49,011 bases of DNA from Paraphysomonas bandaiensis (taxonomy: Eukaryota; Protista; Chrysophyceae): NCBI GenBank assembly GCA_965644295.1, contig CBFFRP010000206.1:1-49011 (forward strand). The letters are read 5' to 3'. Both the position numbers and the translations under genes were made by a program. Below the pieces are notes generated by a model. That model made no database searches, was not told where the DNA came from, and saw only the letters and a program-made list of their open reading frames with translations. Positions 32,837 through 43,519 of the stretch are shown here, one piece after another (position 1 is the first letter of the stretch; each line of letters begins with the position of its first letter).

Positions 32837-35800
32837 ATGAATATTTGTCTCTCCATATCTTTCCTTCTCTCTTTTTTCCTGAGAGCGAGGTGTGTATTCC
32901 ATCCATGGGGATTGATATCTTTAGGAGACACCGGGGTTACAGTGGAGTATGATGAAGCATTATTTTCAGTGAATTTCTACCAGCGGGACGCTAGGAAGTT
33001 CACACTCTCTCTACATTCCTCCCTTTGTTCCACGTCCATTTCTGAGATCTCTAGCAGCAGTGTCGGAGGTGCGGATGGAATCATCGTTTCGAGGGGAGAT
33101 TGTGGAGTGCGTGAACATGCACAGCATGCGCATGATCAAGGATACAAGTATGCACTGCTGCTTGATGACGTCGACAGAGATCCTCTCACGCCGCCGCTGG
33201 GTGTAAAGATGTTAGATATTCACACAACCCGAGTTTCCGCACAGAAATGGAAAGAGGCATATGCAGCGTATCAGCTGTCAGCGATGAATGACAAAGCGGA
33301 ACTCTTTTTGCATTTTTTGCCTCATATTACTTCGCCAATGCACACATGCCTCGTGAAGACCGAAGTGGCGCTGAATGTGTCGGCGCACTATTTTCTCCGC
33401 TCTTCTATCAAATTCTGTGTTTCCCGCGCCATATCTTTGTACTCTGACCTCAAAGTACAGTTCGATGCTGATGCATATCGAATTTCAGTCCGACTAGCCG
33501 AGCTATTATGGCAACATGATTACACTGATGATGCCTACGTGTTGATTAAGTGGTTGACCCATATGCACATATCACCAGCAACACAGAGCGAAATGCCTTC
33601 TGGAAGGGACCTCTTTCCCCTTAGAGTTCAGTTTGCATCCTTACTATTCACTATGGGTGAGTGGGCAACAGCGCGGACTATTCTTATGGACAATATTGAA
33701 GAGTTTGCACAGAATGTGCCCAGCCAGCAGGATGATGCGAACAGTTTGATGCGTGGCACATGTGCTCTAGCTGCCCTATCAACGTTTGCCACGCTTAACA
33801 CCTATTCGGGGATGCATGAGGGAAATGATCGCAGTGAACTCTACCAAGATGACTGGACTGTCCCGGGCAGTCGTCTTTCACATCCGTCCAGTCGCCAAGA
33901 TATTGTCCCCATGAATCACCCCGATCTCAACCTGAGTGTGTGTATAGATCTTATGCTAGCACAAGGCGACGAGGATCCAGATGAATTCTATGCTCAGTGG
34001 GTTACTGATATATCTTCGACATATTCTAATCACCCATCGTTATGGCTCGTCGCTGGTGAACTCGAGTTTGTGAGCAAACGGTATGGAATTTTGAATGTTG
34101 TAGGTTATATCGCTGCACTCTCAGCGTGGTTTACGGAATCAGAAAAAGGTCCCACAACTCACATGCGTAAATACTTGAGCTTGTTAGAATCGTCTATGGC
34201 TTGCAACGAAGATAACACTATCCAAACACAAAAGAAAAAGTGGTGCGATGGTTCTCTATTCTCTTTGGCAGGTATGCCCCGGTCTTCGCTTAATGGTATG
34301 AAAAAGCATTTGGGCGTGCGACGCAACACAGCCATACGCCGTATAGCCATACGGTACTTTCTGAACGATATGTCTGAGGTTCACGTCCGCATGGGAGTGT
34401 TTTGGGATGAATATGGGGCGTTCTCTTCTTCACAACGGCATTTTATAGCGCGGGTAGAGGGGCTTTCATGCCTCTACACTGCTGCAGGCAGTAATACGGG
34501 ATCATCGGAATGTATCACTAAAACAGCTTCTCTGGGATGTCTCTTTCCACGGGGAATTGTAACTACACCGGTTGTATTCAGCAACAATGATGAGTTTCTG
34601 GGCTTTCGGGAGGAACAACTACGAGCTATAGCTGCTGCTCACAACATACTAGCCAATGTGTTAGATGAATCAAGTGCAGATAATGCACAGGAGAGGAATA
34701 TGCTCATTGCTACGGAGCGGAAAGTGACATCAACTCCTCCCGGTATGATGGTGGGGTATCAGTATGAACTGCAGATGATGGGAGATCGCTCTGTGACAAT
34801 GCACTCCGTTGAGACGTCGGGCTTGGCGTTGCTAAAGGCTAGCAATATGCTACAAGACATGTGTGAAGTGTCTGGTATCGAAAGAGTTTTGGAAGTGTCA
34901 CCTGATGTGAAACACAACAGTCAATCTGGGTATATTCGTGTTGGATTCCTGTCACGATATTTCTATGATCATTCCGTTGGAAGGCTGATTTATAAAGTGG
35001 TAGAAGGGCTGAGCGTGTTACAGACTTTTGAGGTTAATCTCCTCTGCATATGCTGTAGTAACTTGGACGGAGATGATGCTGTGCGCCGCACGCTGAGGAA
35101 TGCATCTAATCTTGTCGTGACTGATTTAGGCGGTGAATATGATAGCGAATACCAATGTTCCCTTCGTTTCTCCTCTAATCCGCTGGAAATAAGATCTGCC
35201 CAACAGAGGGTTATAGACTTGCATCTGGACATTTTGGTATACCCTGAAGTAGGCATGGATGCTATCACAATGTCATTTGCTGCACGCCGCCTATCTCCCA
35301 TACAGATGGTGTTTTGGGGACATCCAGTCAGTCAGGTATGTTGTATCGATATTTTTTTCCTGATGAATTTCTCCTTATTGATGTCCTAGGGACTATCAAC
35401 AATAGATTACTTTATTTCTTCAGAACTTTTTGACGTCCATAACCCAAAGTGTCAGTATCCTAGGTTCGCACATGTCTACTATGCCCGATATGCATGCTCT
35501 TTTTTTTCTTTTGTGTCTAGTTATTGTGTATGCTTTTATAAAGAAGGCTGTTTTATGTAATATGCCCTGTGGAAACTGCAGGCTAGGACAAGAAAAATGT
35601 CCGGTAGGTTTTACTTCCACTGAACAAACAGTGTTGTTACCTGGACTCGGTACATTTTTTCTTCGTCCGGCAATTCCTGGTAATTTCAGCGTCGCCGATA
35701 ACGAGGCGCTCTTTCCGTATACTTCACTGGATGGCTTAGTGGCACCGGACACAGAAATGCATTTGTACATACTTCCACATACCATAATGAAATACAGTAC

Positions 35801-36788
35801 AGGTCATTTTAGCATTTTTTTAAATGTGTATTGCTTGAACTGCGTGGCTTTGATATCACACTAAGTATTTATGCAGCATTTATACGTACACTTGCGTACA
35901 TTCTGATCAAAGATAAAGGGGCGGTAATATTGATCTTGTATTCATCAAATCAAAGACTCTGGTTCGAAAAATTGCGACGGAGTGTCGAGTTACAAGTAAA
36001 GCGTTTGGTTTGCCAAACTAGCATTACACCAGAGGCTCTGTACGATTTTCCAGAAACAGATATATACGATAGCTTTGCTTGTGTGTCGGCAGGATGTGAT
36101 ATGTGCTGCGAATGTGTGGATTCTGCTGTGGTCCACCCCATATCCAGGAGATTGGTAATGTTGCCCAAGCTATCGCGAGAAAGCTATCACCGAGTTCTTC
36201 TGCAAAGGTGAGGTCACCCTATTTTGTCCATTATATATAGTGGACTTATTTTACAGACTGTATTGATGTTGTTTATGCATGTCAGGTCTGTTGTGTTAGA
36301 TCCTTTTCCATTTGGTATGGGAGTTACTGCTTTGGAATCCTTTTCATTGGGCGTGCCTATTATAACACTCCCGATGTACCAGGTATTATGGATACTCTTG
36401 TATCGTAGACTTGTGTATACGTAGATATTGTAAGTGCTGTAGTAATACTTCAATTTTTTGAATACTTGCTGATTCTGAGGTGCGCATCTTTTACTGTTCG
36501 TTATTGTTGTTATAGTCTGCCCCTCCACTGGTACTTGGCATGATCCGAAGAATGGGAGTTGACGGCTCTACGATGATTGCAGACAACATTACTGAATATG
36601 TCAACCTCGCCATAAGGATGGCTAGTTCTCAATTTTCTCGTGAAGAGATAGTTAGGTCAATATTATCCCGTGCTGATGTACTTTTCGAAGATTCTGCAGT
36701 AATTGGTGACTGGGAAGAAATGTTGAATTTTGTGTATACAACTGTTCGTAATGGGATAGAGAATATTGGAGCAAGGTCTATTGGGTAA
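32837..36788 (+). CDS. GT41 (SPINDLY/OGT-like) glycosyltransferase with N-terminal signal-peptide-like and PA-like domains; multi-exon
   Basis: IRVGFLS..FYDHSVG, LDILVYPEVGMD, RLSPIQMVFWGHPVSQ/GLSTIDYFIS, VLDPFPFGMGVTALES..LGVPIITLP. N-terminal SRGDC...HAHDQGYKYALLLD. Downstream exon borders are approximate. Confidence 0.85.
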
Positions 36789-37429
36789 TAGAATATTTTG
36801 ACTATCCGAAGCTGACATTAGGATGATAGAAATTTATCCACTGCACCTTTAAACTTACTCAGTAATCAATTATTAAAATTGTGATAAACATCTCTGAATT
36901 CATTGTCGCTCATTAAATTCATATTCTCAGTACTCACTACTACTAGTCAATACTATCATATCTTAGACACGATTTACATGCAATATATTTCAGATATAAT
37001 AGAATATTTCGACTATTCGAAGCTACTCCTACGTGTGTACTTAAAGCTTGTTGAAGCCTATCGCTAGTAGCCATCCTGTATTCTATGTAGCAATAAAATA
37101 CAGAACCAACAGGACTACAATATTAGAGTAACTATAAAAAGTATAGCTGTTAAATACATGATTTGTAGAATAGAATAGTGGTTTTGGTGATGTCTCCACA
37201 ATCAGAGTGCTATATTAATTTCGTAGAAAGAGCTCTGACACTTTTTGGGCTTCTTTGGACGTTGTACAATGAGTAATGTAACATGTCCTTTACTAGCTTG
37301 TTTGTTGTAGACACTCCATTGTCGCTAAAGTATTAATTAGCTAATATTGATGAGGTTAGTACGATTCTTACAGACGCAGTAATAGTAATTTTGTTGTGCT
37401 GAATACTGTTCTCGAATCATTCACAGAGA

Positions 37430-37735
37430 CAGATACATATTTGCAGTTATATATGACACAGACACATAGATGTTTGAAGTATATATGTGTCACAGACGTG
37501 TATTTGTGTGAAGTTGGCATATGGCACATATATATAAGTGCAGGACACTTGTGACAGAGGCATATGTATGTAGGTATGTATGTATGCGTGCAGCATGTAT
37601 GTAACTATATATGTGACACATATAATTCATACATATATGTGCATGCAGTACATATATAACACAGATATATATACTTTTGTGCAATATATGTAATTAAGAC
37701 GTCTATGTACAATACACATGTGACAGATAGATCTA
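37430..37735. repeat. Low-complexity TA/CA/TATG-rich tract
   Basis: Alternating purine-pyrimidine runs (ATATATGTGACACA-like). Confidence 0.6.
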
Positions 37736-38640
37736 TGAGGGTGCAATTCACATAATGAAGTATAGGGGAGGTGATATATGACTATAAGATGTCGCCACTT
37801 TTACAACACCCATCATTCACACCATAGCCCATCACTTAAAGACTGTCCCAGTTGGTTGGAATAGTGGAATTTCAGTTGCGGGAGCCATGAAGTATGAGGG
37901 ACAGATGATCGGAGCGGGATTTAGCTCAAACTTAAAAAATTCAAGAATTTGGAAGAGCAGCAAGATGTACATGAGGACATGCTGACACATGTGGTAGCTT
38001 GTATTGGCTGGTGGAGATGTGAGTAAGAGTGTTGGATATCATCATCAATATCTGAAAACTGAAAAAAGTGAACAACATGGTTTTGACTGAGAGTGGTGAA
38101 AGGTAACCCTTGTTGGGTATTCCAATCCACTCCTGTACATGGACTGGACTGACTATACATATCCTACATCATATTTCCTTGAGACTTATACTCTTGTGTA
38201 CTGATGTCATACTGCTGTCCACACGACGAACACTGTATGGCTGTGTTCAAGGATCTTTTGCTTCCTGTGTCCAGCTCCCTGACAGTCTTTTGTTTTTTTA
38301 GTGGGCGTCCGTGGTTTGCAAAAAATGTCCAGGTTTTGTTTTTTTTCCGCGGCGTCCGGACCACTAAAAAAGGTTTTCGCCTCCGGACTTTTGCATGCAA
38401 ATCCACCAAGAGTTTTTTAGCCGACCACAAGACCGAGGGCCAAAAAGATGGCCGTACAGCATCACATTTTCCCGCTAGGCAACAGGATATCCGATATGGG
38501 ATTTTATGTCCACATGCGTGCGGCATGGCTGTATTTCCTTTCGAATTTGCCAACATAATGATTATCTGTCTATAATAATCTACGACACTGGCCGACTGAA
38601 TTGATTACATATTGTATCCATTTTGTCCTCAATCTGTAAT

Positions 38641-39659
38641 ATGATCGAATTTAATTCAGGTGGGTTAAATAAAGATTATTTTCAATTGATGGTAATTTGT
38701 TGTGGCCAGAGAATGCCCCTCGGCGATCGTTTTCGAAGGATTTACCTCCTATTCATGTTTGCGGTATTGAACTGAGCAATCAGTTTCTCCTCCGTGTTGC
38801 AGCATTTAGCTTCCTTCTATTTGTTGTTGCTGAAATAATAGGAGCATTGGCATCCAATTCCCTTTCACTCTTGGGTGATGCAGGCGCGATGTCTGTTGAC
38901 GTATTCACGGTAAACTATTTGGTGGATCCATATTGGTCTTTTAATTTTGTGTAGTATTTTTGTAATATGTACTCAGAACATGTAAAAGCAACCAGAGGCA
39001 GTGTAGATAACACCACCAGATTCGTATTGGAAGTAGGTGTCCCGACATTTTCAATAACTGCACTACTTGCGGTTACTGCATGGATTACTTACGACGCCGT
39101 TCTGGTTTTGATGGATCCTGATGCAGATAATGTAAATGTATACTTTCTCTACGGTTTTGCGAGTGGAAATGCACTGGTAGACATAATCTGCGCTGTTCTA
39201 TTCTATCTTCGCCGGAGAGATGTACTGCAGCAGTCGAGTTCTCTGTATGAGTCTTTCGCAAAGAAGCAGGCGTCTAAAGATGTTTCATCAACTAGCAATT
39301 CTAGAGCTCGTGCGAGCTCGTTATCACTCATGCCCATTATGAATCTCAACATGGCAAGCGCACTAACCCACGTCGGTGGGGATACTCTCCGCACTGGTGC
39401 GGTTTTTATTGCAGCAGTGGTCGCGAGCGCGACTAACGTGAAGGGGGCAGTTTGTGATGCTTGGGCAGCGATAGTAGTCACCATAACAATTGTATTTCTT
39501 GTTGTTCCATTGACGAGTGAAATATGGACCCATGCGAAGAGCCACCCATTTCTCGCCGGAAACGATGTGCCAGAGGAGCGACCAAGTGAGGTGGCAACAG
39601 AAGTTTCTAACAGTATTCACCAGACTAAAACTATGGTTAATGGAGAATCGAAGGCTTAG
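38641..39659 (+). CDS. Cation diffusion facilitator (ZnT/CzcD-like) transporter
   Basis: Introns 38660-38709 (predicted) and 38910-38954. SNSLSLLGDAGAMSVD and NLNMASALTHVGGD; about six hydrophobic segments. Confidence 0.85.
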
Positions 39660-40363
39660 TACATTATAGGATATTAGGAGTTCTTTAGTATATATTTATA
39701 TCGTAGTAACTTGAAATAAGTGAGCCTGCTCCTGACATGCAATGGTTAGACTTGACGTGTATCATGAAATGAATATATGTGTCACAAAGCCATAACTTAA
39801 TTAATTAAATGAGTTTATGTATACCTGTCTTGAGTATTGCGTTGTTGAGCAATTAAGACCTGTATTTTGAATGACAACCATTATTAGAATAATACCGTAG
39901 TCAGAGACACTACTATATGAAAGATAGTATTATATGAAATTTAATGAAGTTTAAGTTTAGAAAAACTGAAATATTTGGATTGCATACTATGATCGTGACA
40001 ATAGAAGATTTGATAACATTAATTAGTAGTTCAAAAGATATAAATCTAGTGATTAATAAGTGAAACTTGTTAACTTATTTTCATATTGGGACTGTGAAAT
40101 AACTTATATATCTGAAATTGAACTCACAGTAGTGAACGCCTAATTATTTAAAATAGGCGTGTAAGCGTGTAAGGGTCAGAGCTAATGTAGTAAAACAATT
40201 TAACTAACTTGTGCTTAACTCCCATATTCTACTGTTTAACGCCACAAAGCTGCTTGTGCGACACCGCAAGCATGCAAAGACTTTCGCTCTATCACTCAAA
40301 GCAAACGCAGTTAGCAAGCAGAATGTTGATATCTTGGCATCTGCTGACTTCAGGCTGATATAT

Positions 40364-40499
40364 GGTGAACATCCCGGGTGCTTAACTTCAGCAGGCAGCC
40401 CAATACCCCGGTTACCCTTGAGGTGGGCCCATTCCCGGACGCCTATTTATTCGTCAAGCTCAAAGACGTTTACACAAGTGACACTAATTTGTGTCCCTT
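40364..40499 (-). repeat. 136-bp GC-rich repeat, inverted copy of 48869-49004
   Basis: Six mismatches counted over 136 bp. Confidence 0.9.
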
Positions 40500-40992
40500 T
40501 TATTTAGCTATGAGTGGGCAAAACATTTTCTGCTGACTGCTGCCTATATATGCGGCTCACCTTAGTTTCCCGGAGAACTATTTCCGGTACTTATCCTCCA
40601 GAACACCACGGAAAGGCGCGAGTCCGACTTTGTTGAGTGTGTTGTCCTCAATACGCTCGAAGTATATTGCCATATTTGTAGCTATTCTTTCCCCTTTAGT
40701 AACTGTCTTTCTGCAACAGTAGCTGGTAGCAGAAATGCTTTCTAAGCAACTATATATGCCTTTCTAAATTCTAAAAATATCAAGAACTGCACAGCCCAAA
40801 AGATCTGTACATGTAAGGCCCATCTATAGATCTATAGATCTATAGCCGTGAGTAACTTACTTAGCCAACAACCCAGAATACTTTTTTTTGTTCAATGCAG
40901 ATTTTAGCTTTTAGTATTAGTAAGAAGAAAGTTGTAATTATTAAAGCGTAAAGTGCTGAACACAGTAATGTAGAAATAGTGAATAATAATGC

Positions 40993-41119
40993 AGAACATA
41001 ACTATCACACACAATGGAATAGTTAGAAGTATAACTGATAATGACGATCACGTATATTTCAACAGGTAATTTCTCTAATTCAGTTCATGATATATTTCAT
41101 TGAACATCATAACTCACAT
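40993..41119. repeat. Copy of the 13335-13482 dispersed repeat
   Basis: Direct sequence match with a small deletion. Confidence 0.75.
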
Positions 41120-41486
41120 AAGATATATAATAATATGTTCTTTATGTCACTTAGATACAATTTGAGGTTATGAGATATACAGAAACTAAATGCTAGGTGC
41201 AAATGTTATTTAGAGTTAACTCATTTACCGTCGTTGCAGAGATATTGCTACTAAATTGCTTTCAAAGTTTTATCACCTTCTTAATAATACCCATTCGATT
41301 ACGACTTTACTATGACGTTTTCAAAGGAGCTGGCTCAGTAAAATATCAACATTAGACCCTTAGGTATCACACAAGGGTCAAAAGTAGATAATCGCAACGT
41401 TTCATATGCATTGGGGGTAATATGTTTATTAGCAAAACAGCAGCGAGTCAAGGCTGGATTACATTTTATGAATCAGCACTATCCAC

Positions 41487-41919
41487 TTAGTTGTTCTTGG
41501 GCTTTTGACGTACTGGAGGCTCACGAACTCTTCTTCCCTCAGCAGATCGCACACGGACAATTCTCTGGTGAACAGCTGCCTCAATGCAGTAATATTGCTT
41601 AATGTACAGTTTGGGTAGAGCGTAGTTCTCGTAGGCAGAGGCGTCACGGATATCTCTCAATGAAGAGGCATCAACAATATTTCTGAATTAAACGCAACTA
41701 AATTCTAGGCCATTAATTACACAATCGCAATCGTACCTGACTATGAATCTCTTGATGGCCTTATCCTTTGGGATAGCCTTGGCAGTAGACACGCATCTAA
41801 GTAAAGTATACAAGTAAAAATTATTTCGAATAATCCTGAGACACAAATACGCACCTGACACGATTGACGTGACCTCTGCCGTGCTTGTTGCGTCCGTGAT
41901 TCCTTCTCTTGACAGTCAT
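41487..41919 (-). CDS. RPS26: 40S ribosomal protein eS26, 106 aa, three exons (missed by the ORF track)
   Basis: Exons 41919-41855, 41796-41737 and 41682-41487 give MTVKRRNHGRNKHGRGHV...PKDKAIKRFIVRNIVD...LPKLYIK...IVRVRS. Confidence 0.97.
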
Positions 41920-42336
41920 GATCACTCACCCAAGTATTCCCGCCTTAACAGTGTGCAAGTATTATCCCTCCTCTCTATTTCACTGTGATTGGTACAAAAA
42001 TAATTATAGTTGCACCCATCAAATCACTGCCTCTAATCTCGGTATCATGAACAGGTTTTCAGTTTTAACCTCCATTCGTTGTGATATTGCTGTTTTTCCC
42101 AATTACCACATGTGTTTTTTGTGTACTGGATAAAATAGCTTTTAAAATATGCCACCATCACAAGCAGGCAGTAGGAGCCAGTAACTCTCATAGAAACAAA
42201 GAGTGCGATGTCCGAATAACACAAGGATGTTCTGGTGATGCACTATTGATATGTACGTGAATCTATAGGTTGGTGGTATTGTTTCCATAAGTAAGTGTTA
42301 ATTCCTTGTAAAACGAGCCATACAACCGTACTGCAT

Positions 42337-43224
42337 ATGCTACGTAATTGTTACAAGAAGGATCGAGAAGTTCTCGCTATGGATGCGGTGGAATGGTTGA
42401 TATCTTCTGACGCTGTATTCGAAGGAAGTGTTTTTACTGGGATTCCTGATATGTATGACGTGTATGATTTTGTATCGACAAAAGAAATCGGGATTGCTCA
42501 AAGAGCTATCGACTACCAAAATTGGTATATGACAGTAGTTGAAGCAATATTCCAGCGTCTTGCAACTGGCCAATGTGCTATATTTTCTCAAACTGATGCC
42601 AAAGTGATTGACAGAGAAGGAAATGTGTTGTGTTGGATTGATAAGAGTCATTTGTGTTCCGTTGCGGCTGAGAAATATGGATGTCGCCTATTGTGGCATA
42701 AAATTGCACTGAATAGTGATGCAGAGGTGTCTAGTCACAGGCCGTGCTACACGCATCTGGTGGCTTATGGGAGGAATTTTACTTATCGTACACAACTTTT
42801 CCGCACGCCGGATGTCATTGACCGTGGGCTCATGACATGGCAGAAGGCTACCGGTTTAGAAGCCTGCATTTTGTGTATTTCTTTTATTAAGTACATCGTT
42901 GGGGCACATAAGGTGATTAATCCTTTCTGTGGTTGGGGTACTGTGCTGGCTGTGGCAAATTGCTTTGGACTGGCGGCGCTAGGCGTAGAAGTTCTTCCTA
43001 AGCGTGCTAGACGTGCAATGACTCGAAATCTCCGGGAAATTATAGACAGAATTCCTGCAGAGAAACTAATTAAACTCGGGGTACAGTGTAACGAGGGGCT
43101 AGATGGCGTCGTTTCTGAGTTGAAAGAGGATATCCTTTTAGAGAATATGGATTCCGAGCAATATTCCGATGTAGATGACATCGGCATGGAAGATAAATAC
43201 CGGGAAAATAAGCCTTATAGCTAG
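42337..43224 (+). CDS. SAM-dependent methyltransferase, N4/N6-MTase-like motif order
   Basis: VINPFCGWGT SAM motif near the C-terminus, followed by ALGVE; DAVEWL...FTGIPD near the N-terminus. The start is uncertain. Confidence 0.7.
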   Translation: MLRNCYKKDREVLAMDAVEWLISSDAVFEGSVFTGIPDMYDVYDFVSTKEIGIAQRAIDYQNWYMTVVEAIFQRLATGQCAIFSQTDAKVIDREGNVLCWIDKSHLCSVAAEKYGCRLLWHKIALNSDAEVSSHRPCYTHLVAYGRNFTYRTQLFRTPDVIDRGLMTWQKATGLEACILCISFIKYIVGAHKVINPFCGWGTVLAVANCFGLAALGVEVLPKRARRAMTRNLREIIDRIPAEKLIKLGVQCNEGLDGVVSELKEDILLENMDSEQYSDVDDIGMEDKYRENKPYS

Positions 43225-43519
43225 TACTTGTTTTTATATTCCAAAGGACATTAGACAAGCTAATTATGTATAGATAATCTCATTTTGAACGTCGTATTTG
43301 CTAGACATGTAGCAATTTTTCGGTGAAATTACTCTAATTTTAGAGCTGCGAAGGAATCATTTGTCAGATATGACTTTACTTCTGCGAGGCCAGCATGTTG
43401 AATTCTGCTGTATGATACAATATATATTGTATAGTTGAAGTAAGCAAATAGTATGCAATAGTTTAATCAACTCGTTGGTGTAACGGGATGACTATGTAAG
43501 GCATAGGATTGACTGTCCG

